In this document: positions 20,101-30,224 of the stretch, one piece after another
How the letters are laid out: each line of letters begins with the position of its first letter
Numbering within the stretch: the stretch's first letter is position 1
Virus record (IMG/VR): IMGVR_UViG_3300008113_000027
Reading direction: 5' to 3' (one strand)
Length of the DNA stretch: 64,000 nucleotides
Source of the DNA: an uncultured virus (IMG/VR IMGVR_UViG_3300008113_000027)
Lineage: Duplodnaviria; Heunggongvirae; Uroviricota; Caudoviricetes
The notes under the pieces: model-generated
Told to the model about the DNA's origin: nothing
Seen by the model: only the letters and a program-made list of their open reading frames with translations
Database searches by the model: none
Translations under genes and position numbers: made by a program

Positions 20101-20465
20101 CAATCCCAAGTTGTTGAGGGCACCAGTTTCTTTGATAGAAGATGCATATTCTCTTACCCAGATTATATAATGGGAAAACACTCTTATAGTCATAAGATAG
20201 AGTATCAAAGTTTTAGGTGTAAAACACGTCAATTAGAATAAATAGTTACAGCTATTGTATTCTCTCAAGATTAACCAGTCTTGCAGTATTTATTCTGTAA
20301 TCAGTAAACTATATAACTGTAAATACTATAGTGAATCTGATAAAGCTTGGTAAGCTACACAGTATATTGTGGTTGAATTAACTCAATAAGCCAACTTATA
20401 TGGTGAACAGTATAACAAGAACTCTGGACAAACTCTTGTAATCCTATTGATATACCAATAGGTAA
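20094..20465 (+). ncRNA. Candidate structured non-coding RNA
   Basis: About 370 nt without a long ORF; several nested complementary segments. Confidence 0.35.
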
Positions 20466-20504
20466 TTTTTATTTATACATTATTAACAATTTAAATCTAA
20501 TAAC

Positions 20505-20897
20505 ATGAAAACTTTTATTTTAGCATTTACCTTTATTATTGCATTTACATCTTGTAGTAAATCTCAATCTACTACAAATACAGATTCTCTTACAATATCA
20601 AAATCTTGTCTTGCAGAACTTATTTCTTCTACAGATGAAGTAGAATGTTTTGCATTTTATTTTGATACAAAACCTGAGGTTGTTAAAGCCAACTTAAATC
20701 ACTTCAGAATACAATATTGTTCAGAACTTAGAGATGCTGGATGGAATCCACAATCTCCATTTGACCTTATAAACTTTAGAGTTCCATTTGACCAAAATGG
20801 TAATCTTATAACTTGGGAACAATTTAAAAAATTACACAGTATAGATAATGATACTCCTGAGAAAAGAACTTATCATTATGAAATAGAAGAAGACTAA
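20505..20897 (+). CDS. Putative lipoprotein
   Basis: Signal peptide with lipobox AFTSC. Confidence 0.55.
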   Translation: MKTFILAFTFIIAFTSCSKSQSTTNTDSLTISKSCLAELISSTDEVECFAFYFDTKPEVVKANLNHFRIQYCSELRDAGWNPQSPFDLINFRVPFDQNGNLITWEQFKKLHSIDNDTPEKRTYHYEIEED

Positions 20898-20921
20898 AAA
20901 AGGTGGAGAAATCCACCTTTT
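20898..20921 (+). terminator. Intrinsic terminator
   Basis: AAAAGGTGGA-GAAA-TCCACCTTTT. Confidence 0.75.
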
Positions 20922-21139
20922 ACTTTTAATAGTATTACTATTACAAAAGTCAAAAACTTTACAAGGTTTTTCTCTCTTTCCCCCAGACCCCCTTTCTCTC
21001 TTTTCCAAAGAGAATACTTATCTCCTGTTCGTGTAATTTATCACAGTTATTTTTATATTTATATGAAAATAACACTTGAAAATTTACATTAGTTCCTATT
21101 TAAATATCTTTTTTATATTTTAACAAAACATTAACAGTT

Positions 21140-21400
21140 ATGGAATACAAAGTATATCTTTCATCAAATGCATTAATCACATTTGTCAAATTTCTAATTG
21201 ATGACCATATAACATGGTTTTGGACAACTAAACATTTTGGTAGTTTTAGAGAAGATGATAAAGTTACTTATTACTATACAATATCATTTTGTTCAGATGA
21301 AGAACATGATGTTATTGAGTTATTTAAAGATTCAGGATTACATGCTGAAAATATGTATGTAAGTATTGAAGCACCAATTACTAATGATGTTATTTTTTAA
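21140..21400 (+). CDS. Hypothetical protein
   Basis: 86 aa ORF followed by terminator. Confidence 0.5.
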   Translation: MEYKVYLSSNALITFVKFLIDDHITWFWTTKHFGSFREDDKVTYYYTISFCSDEEHDVIELFKDSGLHAENMYVSIEAPITNDVIF

Positions 21401-21402
21401 TC

Positions 21403-21437
21403 ATAGATTGCCTTTTAACTAAGGCAATCTATTTTTT
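21403..21437 (+). terminator. Intrinsic terminator
   Basis: ATAGATTGCCTT/AAGGCAATCTAT stem plus T-run. Confidence 0.75.
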
Positions 21438-21448
21438 AATATTTTCTA

Positions 21449-21485
21449 TTTTCCCCTTCACTCCTCCCCCCACTCATATTGGACA
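21449..21485 (+). promoter_or_regulatory. Repeated motif copy 3
   Basis: TTCACTC CTCCCCCCACTCATATT GGACA, immediately after a terminator. Confidence 0.6.
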
Positions 21486-21614
21486 ATCATAGGATTAAAA
21501 GGTTTTTATTCAAATCCTATTGTAGCAATACAATAGGATTATTGTAACTCTTATTATTTAATTATTTATATTTATTATCTAACTATTTTTATCACATTTT
21601 AAATTTTTATTATT

Positions 21615-22223
21615 ATGAGCAACGCAACAAGAAAAACAGTACAAAGAGGAAAAGTAACTTTCTCAAGATTATTTGCTTCTGATTATCAGAAGTCTGGTTC
21701 TAAAACTTTAGAGGTAAAACAATTGATTACCACAACTATGTTTTATCCTACTAAAAAATTCAATTCTGACCTTCAAGATGCACTTTTCACAGAAAGTGAT
21801 TTTGGTGTAGAAGAGAATGGATATGAAACTACAGAAACTCGTGTAGCATGGATTCCAGTTCCTGCTAATTATAACGAGAATCAAGTAAAACAAATTGTAG
21901 CTAATCTTCCTAATGAAGCATGTATCTACAAAATGTTGAGTAATCATCCTATTCTTACAGATAATCAAAAACAAGCTGTAAGTCAAGGATTAAAATCACT
22001 TGATGATTTTGCTGACGCACAAGCTATCAGATATCCAAATAATTCTGAATTTGCTGGAGAGCTTATTTTAGATGCAGATGGAAAAATTCAATACAAAAGA
22101 ACATTCTTTTCAAAAACAGCTCAAGAAGATATTGATGAGCGTGGAAATGGAAAAGAATATGCTTCTGATGCATTATTAGAAGAAGTTGAAGGAGCTTCTG
22201 TTTACAATAATCAGAAAGTATAA
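21615..22223 (+). CDS. Hypothetical protein (possibly ssDNA-binding)
   Basis: 202 aa, acidic C-terminal part, upstream of DNA polymerase. Confidence 0.45.
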   Translation: MSNATRKTVQRGKVTFSRLFASDYQKSGSKTLEVKQLITTTMFYPTKKFNSDLQDALFTESDFGVEENGYETTETRVAWIPVPANYNENQVKQIVANLPNEACIYKMLSNHPILTDNQKQAVSQGLKSLDDFADAQAIRYPNNSEFAGELILDADGKIQYKRTFFSKTAQEDIDERGNGKEYASDALLEEVEGASVYNNQKV

Positions 22224-22228
22224 TTATT

Positions 22229-22325
22229 AAAGAAAGTCTATTTTACAATTATTATCTACAATCACTATTTATTCTATTTTAGAGTATTTATATTGCAGAT
22301 AATTTTTGTAAAATAGGCTTTCTTT
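22229..22325. repeat. Long imperfect inverted repeat (about 34-bp arms)
   Basis: AAAGAAAGTCTATTTTACAATTATTATCTACAAT vs ATTGCAGATAATTTTTGTAAAATAGGCTTTCTTT. Confidence 0.8.
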
Positions 22326-22361
22326 TTTTATTATTTTACCATTTAATATTTCAAAACTAAT

Positions 22362-24326
22362 ATGCAAGATTACATTTATGACATTGAAATTTATACTAAC
22401 ATATTTTTGGTATGTGTAAAGAATATTAGTACTAAAGAAAAATATAGTTTTGAGATTAGTCCAAGAAAACAACAAACAAAAGAACTTGTAGAATTTCTTA
22501 ATCAACCTATTAGACTAATAGGTTTTAATAATCAAAACTATGATAATCTTCTTATTCAAAAATTCTTAGAAAACTTACATTTGAAAGGTAAAGATTTAGT
22601 TAGTCTGCTTAAATCTCAATCAGATAAAATCATTACTAATGAAAAGTATTCTAAATTTTGTAAGAAGCTTACTAAAGTACCAACAATAGACTTATTCCTA
22701 CTACATCATTTTGATAATGATGCAAGAAGATGTTCACTTAAAGAACTTGAGTTTGTATTCAATATGGATAACATTCAAGAATTACCATTTGATTATACAA
22801 AACCTGTACCTATAGACCAGCTTGATACTCTTATAAATTATTGTTGGAATGACATTGAAGCTACTGAAAGGTTATATAATTATTCTTTAGAAGATATTAA
22901 GCTTAGAGAAGAGTTGAGTAAAAAGTACAACATTGATATGTTATCTTATAACTCACCAAAAATTGGTGAAAAGAGTTTTGCACTTGCATTAATAGTTAAA
23001 AATCCTAGTTTTGAGCAAAAGCTTAACCTTCAAAGTCCAAGAACTAAGATTAAACTACAAGATATTATATTTCCTTATGTATCATTTGAGTTTGAAGGAT
23101 TTAAAAGACTACTACAATACTTTAAATCCAAAGTCATTACAGATACTTACAAAACTTTTAGTGAAATACCATTTAAAGAACTTTCTATTATAGAAGGATT
23201 CTACAATGTACATAAAACTAAAGGTGTTCAAGCTAATTTGAACATAGTATATCAAGGATTTGAATTTGTATTTGGTACTGGTGGCATTCATGGTTGTATT
23301 GAAGCAGGAATATATGAATCAGACCAAGAATATGACATATTAGATATTGATGTATCTTCATATTATCCTAATTTAGGTATTCAAAACAAACTATATCCTG
23401 AGCATTTAGGTGTAGAGTTTTGTGATGTTTATGAAGAAAGATATGATGAAAGAGGTCAATATCCTAAAGGAAATGTTTGGAATAGTTCTATTAAATTTGA
23501 GTTAAATGGTGTGTATGGTAAAAGTAATTCTAAATTCTCACCATTTTATGACCCTAAATACACTATGACAATTACTGTAAATGGTCAATTGCTTATAGCT
23601 ATGTTAGCAGAACAACTTATGAATCATTCTCAGCTACTACAAGTTAATACAGATGGTGTTACTATTAAAGTACTTAAATCTAATCTTCCAATAATCCATC
23701 AGATTATAAAAAATTGGGAAAGACTTACTAAGCTTACTCTTGAAACTGCTAACTATTCTAAAATGGTTATTAAAGATGTATCTAATTATCTTGCTATTTA
23801 TACTAATGGTAAAGTAAAGAGAAAGGGTGCAGCATTTAAAACTAAAGCAGAACTTGCATTACATGAAAATCATTCAGGTCTTATTATAAATGAAGCTGTA
23901 TCTGCCTATTTTATAAATGGTACAGACCCAATTCAATTTATGATGCAAGATTTAGAACAAAATGGTCTTACACATTTCTTTATGAGAGCTAAAGTACAAC
24001 GTGACCATAAACTTGTAGCAAGAGCAGAAGAGCAAGATATAGCTCTTCAAAGAATTACAAGATATGTAGTTACTAATACAGGAGTATCTCTTATCAAGAT
24101 AATGCCACCACTTCCTAAGAATCCTGAAAAATGGAGAGAAACAGAAATTGAAGCAGGATGGAAATGTACACCATGTAATAACTTATCACTTATAAACACT
24201 AAAGAAATCATACAAAATCTTAATTTAGAATATTATCTCACACAAATTAACAAAATTATTTATGCAATCAATAAGAAACAGAATACAGAAGGAAGCAACA
24301 CAAGCAATAATTCAGAACAAGTTTAA
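22362..24326 (+). CDS. DNA polymerase family B
   Basis: Exo I YDIE, Exo II FNNQNYD, Exo III YCWND; motif A DVSSYYPN, B K..LNGVYGK, C NTDG. Confidence 0.92.
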   Translation: MQDYIYDIEIYTNIFLVCVKNISTKEKYSFEISPRKQQTKELVEFLNQPIRLIGFNNQNYDNLLIQKFLENLHLKGKDLVSLLKSQSDKIITNEKYSKFCKKLTKVPTIDLFLLHHFDNDARRCSLKELEFVFNMDNIQELPFDYTKPVPIDQLDTLINYCWNDIEATERLYNYSLEDIKLREELSKKYNIDMLSYNSPKIGEKSFALALIVKNPSFEQKLNLQSPRTKIKLQDIIFPYVSFEFEGFKRLLQYFKSKVITDTYKTFSEIPFKELSIIEGFYNVHKTKGVQANLNIVYQGFEFVFGTGGIHGCIEAGIYESDQEYDILDIDVSSYYPNLGIQNKLYPEHLGVEFCDVYEERYDERGQYPKGNVWNSSIKFELNGVYGKSNSKFSPFYDPKYTMTITVNGQLLIAMLAEQLMNHSQLLQVNTDGVTIKVLKSNLPIIHQIIKNWERLTKLTLETANYSKMVIKDVSNYLAIYTNGKVKRKGAAFKTKAELALHENHSGLIINEAVSAYFINGTDPIQFMMQDLEQNGLTHFFMRAKVQRDHKLVARAEEQDIALQRITRYVVTNTGVSLIKIMPPLPKNPEKWRETEIEAGWKCTPCNNLSLINTKEIIQNLNLEYYLTQINKIIYAINKKQNTEGSNTSNNSEQV

Positions 24327-25368
24327 TGGTATTATATATGTTTCTCCAAGAGTTGGTAAATCTAAGATAGTAGTTGATGCAATTAAAAAATTAAAATTTA
24401 AAAAGATTTTAATTACTGCACCATATAATACTATATTAGATTCCTGGACTACAGAATTTGAAAAATGGGATGTTAGTACAATCAATATCACCCTTATTAA
24501 TCAAAGAAGTCTATCTAAAGTAAATATAGAAGAGTATCATTATATTATATGTGATGAAGTACATACACTTAGTGAAGCACAAACAGAGATATTAAAAGAT
24601 GCATCTCATATATTAGGTTTAACTGGTTCTTTATCTAGAGATTCTATGAAATATCTTAATCAAGAACTAAATTTAAAACCTATTTATACTTTTTCAGTAG
24701 AAGAAGCAATTGAAGCTGGTATTGTAGCTGATTATATGATTTATCTTATTCCTGTTACATTGGATAACAAAGATAAATATATAGAAGCAGGTACAGCTAA
24801 ACAAAAGTTTATGACAACTGAGTATGCAAATTACCAATATCTTACTTCCCAATTTGATAAGTTTAAAAGAATGGCTTGGAATAACAAGAAGTTTGATGCT
24901 GTTAAAATGCAATTTGCATCTAAAAGAGCTTCTATGCTTTACAATGCTAAATCTAAAATAGCAGCAGCAAAGAAAGTTATAGAAAAACATGAAAGATGCC
25001 TCATTTTTACTGCAAGAACAGAGGTAGCAGATTCATTTGCTAAATCTTATCATTCTAAATCAACAGAAGATACTTTAGAGCAATTCAAAAATGGTGAGAT
25101 TGACAAACTTGCTGTATGTGAAATGACTAATATGGGTATCACAATCCCTAATCTTAAAGTAGGTGTATTTCATCAAATGAAATCTTCAGAAGAATCTGCC
25201 ATTCAAAAAGTAATGAGAATGTGTAATTTAGAAGGAGATGATGTAGCTGAAATTTATATCACTTATTTTGCTAATACTGTTGATGAAGAATGGATTAAGA
25301 AAGCTATACAAGGCTTAAATCCTGAAAAAATTCAAATTTTAGGGTCAGAAAATTTGATTAAGTCATAA
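24262..25368 (+). CDS. SF2 DExH helicase
   Basis: SPRVGKS Walker A, DEVH, LGLTG, Q..MR. Confidence 0.85.
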   Translation: MQSIRNRIQKEATQAIIQNKFNGIIYVSPRVGKSKIVVDAIKKLKFKKILITAPYNTILDSWTTEFEKWDVSTINITLINQRSLSKVNIEEYHYIICDEVHTLSEAQTEILKDASHILGLTGSLSRDSMKYLNQELNLKPIYTFSVEEAIEAGIVADYMIYLIPVTLDNKDKYIEAGTAKQKFMTTEYANYQYLTSQFDKFKRMAWNNKKFDAVKMQFASKRASMLYNAKSKIAAAKKVIEKHERCLIFTARTEVADSFAKSYHSKSTEDTLEQFKNGEIDKLAVCEMTNMGITIPNLKVGVFHQMKSSEESAIQKVMRMCNLEGDDVAEIYITYFANTVDEEWIKKAIQGLNPEKIQILGSENLIKS

Positions 25369-25413
25369 CAATTTAGTATTTTCAATCCCTTTTTCACTTA
25401 AAAATTTAGTATA

Positions 25414-25956
25414 ATGGAAATCAATCAGGAAATTGTAAAGTTCCTAAAGGAACATAGTATTGACTGCTCTTATGGACTATTATATTTATTGGGTGTGTAT
25501 CATAATCTTGATGGTGTATCTGAAATAATCCCTGAACCTATAATTAGAGCAATAAATGCTTTAGGTATAGTTGAAAGAAATTACAAAGACAACACTATTG
25601 AATGGCATATCCCATTATATGATGGACAAAATGTAGATTCAGTATGGGAGTGGGTTAATGAGTACAGAGAATTATTTGCATCAAAGAATAAAGAAAGGTC
25701 TGGTTCTAAAAAGACTTGTGTTCTTAGAATGAAATTATTTTTTCAGCAAAATCCTCATATTAGAAAACAAGATGTATTAGAAGCTACTCGTAATTATCTT
25801 AGAACAGTAGAACCTAAGTTTGTAAAAACTGCTGAGAGATTTATTTATGATGGTCAGGGTAATTACAAAACATCATTGCTTTCTACATGGGTTGAAAGAT
25901 TAATTGAAACAAAAAATCAAACAAAGAATGACCCTAATATTAAAATGATGAAATAA
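25414..25956 (+). CDS. Hypothetical replication-associated protein
   Basis: 180 aa, stop/start overlap with the DnaB-like gene. Confidence 0.5.
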   Translation: MEINQEIVKFLKEHSIDCSYGLLYLLGVYHNLDGVSEIIPEPIIRAINALGIVERNYKDNTIEWHIPLYDGQNVDSVWEWVNEYRELFASKNKERSGSKKTCVLRMKLFFQQNPHIRKQDVLEATRNYLRTVEPKFVKTAERFIYDGQGNYKTSLLSTWVERLIETKNQTKNDPNIKMMK

Positions 25957-27050
25957 TGAATTTTCAACAAGCATTACAGCAAGGTCAAGAAGGAGAAAAT
26001 AAAGGATTACCAACAGGATTAACACCATTAGATAGAGCAATAGATGGAATTCAAAAGAAAGCTATCTATGGTGTTGCTGCTGGTCCAAAAGTTGGCAAGA
26101 GTACCTTAGTAGATTTTGCATTTGTTATTCATCCTATTTTACATTGTCTTCAACACAATATTCCAATTCATCTCATTTACTTTTCTTATGAGATTGATAG
26201 AGTAAAGAAAGAATTTGATTTTGCATCATTCTTTTTCTATCATGATTATAAAATAAATTCTGTTACTCACAATGGAATAGAATATCCTTTATCAAGTAGA
26301 TACTTATTAGGTAAACTACAAGATAATGAGGGTAATATTATTCCATTAAATCCTGAACATTTAGAAATACTTCAGGATATATATAAAAGAAGAATTATTC
26401 CATTATTTGGTGAATATTCAGATAAAGGTGTAAAAGTAAAAGATGGTGTCATTGATTTTATTGAGGATAGAGATAATCCAACTGGTATGAGAAATACCAT
26501 ATTAGATTATGCTAAAAAGAATGGTGAATTTACATTTCTCCCTTATGAAACCACAGAACAAGGTAAGAAAGTTACTAAACAAAGACTAATAGGATATATT
26601 CCTAAGGATAAAACAAAAAGAACTATTATTATTACTGACCATATTCGTAAACTTAAAAGAGAAAGAGGTTACAGTATGAAAGAAAATATGGATAAATGGA
26701 TAGAATATACAGTAGAACTCAGAAACTTCTGTCATTTTACATTTGTCCATATAGTTCACCTTAACAGGTCTATATCTAATATAGAAAGACTTAAATTCAA
26801 TGGTGAATACATATATCCAACAGGTGAAGATGTAAAAGATTCAGGTAATCTATCAGAAGAATGTGATTATCTACTAACTCTTTTTAATCCTACTGATGAG
26901 AAATATGGTCTTGATGTTCATTTTGGTAATGTCCTTAGTGATTATCCAAATTACAGGTCTATACACCTTGTAGAATCTCGTGACACAGAATGTCCAATGC
27001 ATTTGGCAGTACAAATGTATGGTAATATTAAACATTTTAAACCAATTTAA
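25956..27050 (+). CDS. Replicative DnaB-like (SF4) helicase
   Basis: TGL..LD, AAGPKVGKST, FSYE, TDH, HLNR, KDSG.L.E.CD. Confidence 0.88.
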   Translation: MNFQQALQQGQEGENKGLPTGLTPLDRAIDGIQKKAIYGVAAGPKVGKSTLVDFAFVIHPILHCLQHNIPIHLIYFSYEIDRVKKEFDFASFFFYHDYKINSVTHNGIEYPLSSRYLLGKLQDNEGNIIPLNPEHLEILQDIYKRRIIPLFGEYSDKGVKVKDGVIDFIEDRDNPTGMRNTILDYAKKNGEFTFLPYETTEQGKKVTKQRLIGYIPKDKTKRTIIITDHIRKLKRERGYSMKENMDKWIEYTVELRNFCHFTFVHIVHLNRSISNIERLKFNGEYIYPTGEDVKDSGNLSEECDYLLTLFNPTDEKYGLDVHFGNVLSDYPNYRSIHLVESRDTECPMHLAVQMYGNIKHFKPI

Positions 27051-27052
27051 TT

Positions 27053-27304
27053 ATGAAGCCACAACCAGGTTATTACAGAAATCTTTTATCTGACAAAAAT
27101 GTCAGAATTGCTTTTACTCATACACCAATGTATGGAGTGACAAGAATTGATAATACAAAAGTGTTAGAAGAATTAAAACAATCATCTGATGAGTATGCTC
27201 AATACTACATCAATGGATTACAAAATGGTGAAATGGTTACTATAGTTGAAAACTCACATAGTGATAAATATTTTGCACCAGGAGAACTTTATTTCAAATC
27301 TTAA
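27053..27304 (+). CDS. Hypothetical protein
   Basis: 83 aa ORF in operon. Confidence 0.5.
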   Translation: MKPQPGYYRNLLSDKNVRIAFTHTPMYGVTRIDNTKVLEELKQSSDEYAQYYINGLQNGEMVTIVENSHSDKYFAPGELYFKS

Positions 27305-27314
27305 AACAATAACA

Positions 27315-28019
27315 ATGGCAAAAATTATGATTATTTCCGAATCAGGTTTCGGAAAAAGTACTTCTATCTGTCCAAGTGAGGAACTTGGGATTAAGGGTTT
27401 AGACCCTAAAACAACTTTTGTAGTAAATGTAAGTGCTAAAGATTTACCTGCAAGAGGATGGAAGAAATTTTACAAACACATTCAAGGTAAAGATTTATCT
27501 AGTGGTAATTATGTCGAAACTAACAATGGTTTAGACATAGCTGGTCTTATCTCTATTTTAAATGAGAAAAAACCTGAAATTACTACTTTAGTAATTGATG
27601 ATTTTCAATACATTATGTCAGATTATTACATGGATAAAGCTAAAACAGCAGGTTTTGATAAATTTCAGGATATTGGTTATTTTACAGGTCAAATCTTTAA
27701 AGCTATTCAAAAGTTTAAAGGTCATGTAATAGTACTTACTCATCCAGAAGAAGTTCAAGGTACTTATGGTACTACTTACAAAGCTAAGACTGCTGGTAAA
27801 ATGATTGACCAATATATTACTATGGAGGGTAAATTTGACATAGTTTTATATGGTTCTCAAGACTTTGATAATAAAACTAAAAAAGCAACAAAACAATTTG
27901 TAACTAATTTTGATGGTAGATATCCTGCTAAATCACCTGTAGGTATGTTTCCACTTCATATTTCTAATGATTTAGGATTAGTTACTGAACTTATTAACAA
28001 TTATTATGAAGGAGAATAA
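27315..28019 (+). CDS. AAA/P-loop ATPase (Sak4/AAA_24-like)
   Basis: SESGFGKST, VIDDFQY, EGKFDIVL; start re-called to ATG 27315. Confidence 0.8.
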   Translation: MAKIMIISESGFGKSTSICPSEELGIKGLDPKTTFVVNVSAKDLPARGWKKFYKHIQGKDLSSGNYVETNNGLDIAGLISILNEKKPEITTLVIDDFQYIMSDYYMDKAKTAGFDKFQDIGYFTGQIFKAIQKFKGHVIVLTHPEEVQGTYGTTYKAKTAGKMIDQYITMEGKFDIVLYGSQDFDNKTKKATKQFVTNFDGRYPAKSPVGMFPLHISNDLGLVTELINNYYEGE

Positions 28020-28141
28020 GAAAAAAAGAGCAAGAATCATTTATGATTCTAAACTTAAAGCAGAAAGAGTATTAGTTTATACTCAAACACCAAATTCACA
28101 AACAATTTCAAATCAATTTTTTAACAATTAAATTTTTTATC

Positions 28142-28411
28142 ATGCAACTGAAAATTTCAGAAATCCTCAATGACTTGACTAATGGTCAAACAAGACAACA
28201 GATTAAAGAAAAGTACAATCTTAGTACTGCTCAACTTAAATCTGTATTTTCTCATCCACAACTTAAAGGTAGAAAGACTAAGAAAGTTGAACAACCTATT
28301 GACTTGTTAGATGATGTTACTCCTGTAAACAATCCTACACCTACAAATCAAGTAGTTGTTAATACTTCAACAGAAGAAGTAGAAACATATACCCCATTTG
28401 TAGAAGAATAA
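28142..28411 (+). CDS. Small putative HTH protein
   Basis: GQTRQQIKEKYNLSTAQLKSVF helix-turn-helix-like segment. Confidence 0.45.
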   Translation: MQLKISEILNDLTNGQTRQQIKEKYNLSTAQLKSVFSHPQLKGRKTKKVEQPIDLLDDVTPVNNPTPTNQVVVNTSTEEVETYTPFVEE

Positions 28412-28433
28412 GAGGAGAAATCCTCTTATTTTT
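28407..28433 (+). terminator. Intrinsic terminator
   Basis: AATAAGAGGA-GAAA-TCCTCTTATT plus T-run. Confidence 0.75.
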
Positions 28434-28468
28434 GTTGAAAACATTATTTCATTTATAAATTTATAAAA

Positions 28469-29239
28469 ATGTACGGTTATACTAATGATGAGAAATCATC
28501 AAGTGCAGTAAAATTTGGTCTTAATCAAGGAGTATTTATGACCAAATTTGAATTTAATCCTAATGGTGGTAAAGATGGTGCTGCTCAAGACTGTTTGGAT
28601 ATTACTTTTGAGTTTCCTGGAGGTGCTGTTAAAAATTACAGACAATTTCCTGTTACTCAAGCAGTAGATAAGGATGGTAATAAAATTACTAATCCTAAAT
28701 CTAAAGAGATGATTGCAGCATTCAATGAGTTTAATGCAAAGATTACTCAGATTATGAAGTGTTATGTAACTGAAGATGAGCTAAAACAAGCACTTGCAGG
28801 AGCTACTTCATTTAAGAGTTTCTGTGATATTCTTGTAAAAACTCTTCCTGCTAACTTTGCTGAATTACCTATTGATGTATTTACACAATATCAATGGCAA
28901 CCAAAGAGTGATGGAGATTCTAAATATGTAGAGATTCCAAAGAATGTAAAACAGGGTAAAGTATTTGCTGCTAATGAAGCAGGTAATTTTAAAGCTGTTC
29001 ACATTTCTAAAGATGATGGAATTGCTACTTGTGACAATGTAGAATATCCTCTTACAGTAGCAGGTAAAAATGTTACATTTACTATCAATGATAATTCTTA
29101 TACAGTAGATGCTGCTAAAGGTCTTATCTATGTTGATGGTGCTAAAGTACATAGTATTTCAAGAACATCTTGGTTTATGAATTCTAATTGGGCAAAAACT
29201 ACAAATGAGGATGCTCCAATTCAATCTTCTTGGGATTAA
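28469..29239 (+). CDS. Putative single-stranded DNA-binding protein
   Basis: Beta-rich, between ATPase and primase; inference from position. Confidence 0.4.
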   Translation: MYGYTNDEKSSSAVKFGLNQGVFMTKFEFNPNGGKDGAAQDCLDITFEFPGGAVKNYRQFPVTQAVDKDGNKITNPKSKEMIAAFNEFNAKITQIMKCYVTEDELKQALAGATSFKSFCDILVKTLPANFAELPIDVFTQYQWQPKSDGDSKYVEIPKNVKQGKVFAANEAGNFKAVHISKDDGIATCDNVEYPLTVAGKNVTFTINDNSYTVDAAKGLIYVDGAKVHSISRTSWFMNSNWAKTTNEDAPIQSSWD

Positions 29240-29261
29240 TTCACTCCAAATTTCTTAATCT

Positions 29262-30221
29262 ATGTATGGCTATCATGAAACACTAACAAAAGAAGAGATT
29301 TTCTTGAAAGTTAATCAAGAAGAAATCTTCAAGCATGTATTTGGAAATTTTCAGACTGGAGAATATATACAATCTCCGTTTAGAAATGATGATAGTCCAG
29401 GATGTTGGATTCAATGGCATAATGGAAAGTTATACTTTACTGATTTTGCATCATCTACAAGAACTGTAAATCTTGATATGATTGGTGTAATTCAGCTAAA
29501 GTATAATCTTTCCTTTAAAGAAGCCATAGATTTTATTGCAAATTTTAGATGCAGTAATGAGCCTGAATATCCAAAATACAATAAGGTATTTAGCAATACT
29601 AATTCAACCCTAATTGAGTTTTGTCCTAAACCATTTGATGATTATCATAAAACATATTGGTCACAATATGAGATAACTTCATCACAATTAATCCAGGATA
29701 ATATTTTTGCAACTAAATGGTATAAAATAAAAGATTCTATTTTTTATCCATTTCCAGCAGAAACAACTTATGCTATAAGTTATCCTATGGATGAAGTTAA
29801 AATATGCAGACCTAAAGTCAAAGCAAATAAATGGTTTACTAATACAACTAAGAATACTATTGGTGGTACTAAATCACTACCTTTTTTAGATAAGAATCTC
29901 ATAATATCCAAATCTTATAAAGATTGGAGAGTTCTAACTAATTTAGGTTTTAATGTAATCTATTTTCAAAATGAAGGTATGTTTCCCGATATGGAAAATC
30001 TTGATATATACATCAGGATGTTTGATAATGTATATGTCCTGTTTGATAATGATAAAACAGGAATTGAGGCATCTAAAAAACTTACCGATTATATTAACTC
30101 TGAGTATTCTGACAAATCTCAATCTTTACTTTTACCCACAACTCAAAAAGACCCTGCTGATGCTATAAAAGCAGGGAATAAAGAACAATTAATTAACTAT
30201 TTAAACTTTTTAAATTATTAA
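29262..30221 (+). CDS. DNA primase (TOPRIM)
   Basis: SPFRNDDSPG, KSYKD, FDNDKTG, KDPAD. Confidence 0.85.
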   Translation: MYGYHETLTKEEIFLKVNQEEIFKHVFGNFQTGEYIQSPFRNDDSPGCWIQWHNGKLYFTDFASSTRTVNLDMIGVIQLKYNLSFKEAIDFIANFRCSNEPEYPKYNKVFSNTNSTLIEFCPKPFDDYHKTYWSQYEITSSQLIQDNIFATKWYKIKDSIFYPFPAETTYAISYPMDEVKICRPKVKANKWFTNTTKNTIGGTKSLPFLDKNLIISKSYKDWRVLTNLGFNVIYFQNEGMFPDMENLDIYIRMFDNVYVLFDNDKTGIEASKKLTDYINSEYSDKSQSLLLPTTQKDPADAIKAGNKEQLINYLNFLNY

Positions 30222-30224
30222 AAA

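Noticed and set aside
19690..20465. Hammerhead ribozyme in the early non-coding regions
   Set aside because: No CUGAUGA/GAAA core in the required arrangement could be found by eye
12993..24326. Inteins or introns in terminase or DNA polymerase
   Set aside because: Both ORFs are contiguous, of normal length, and lack intein splice motifs
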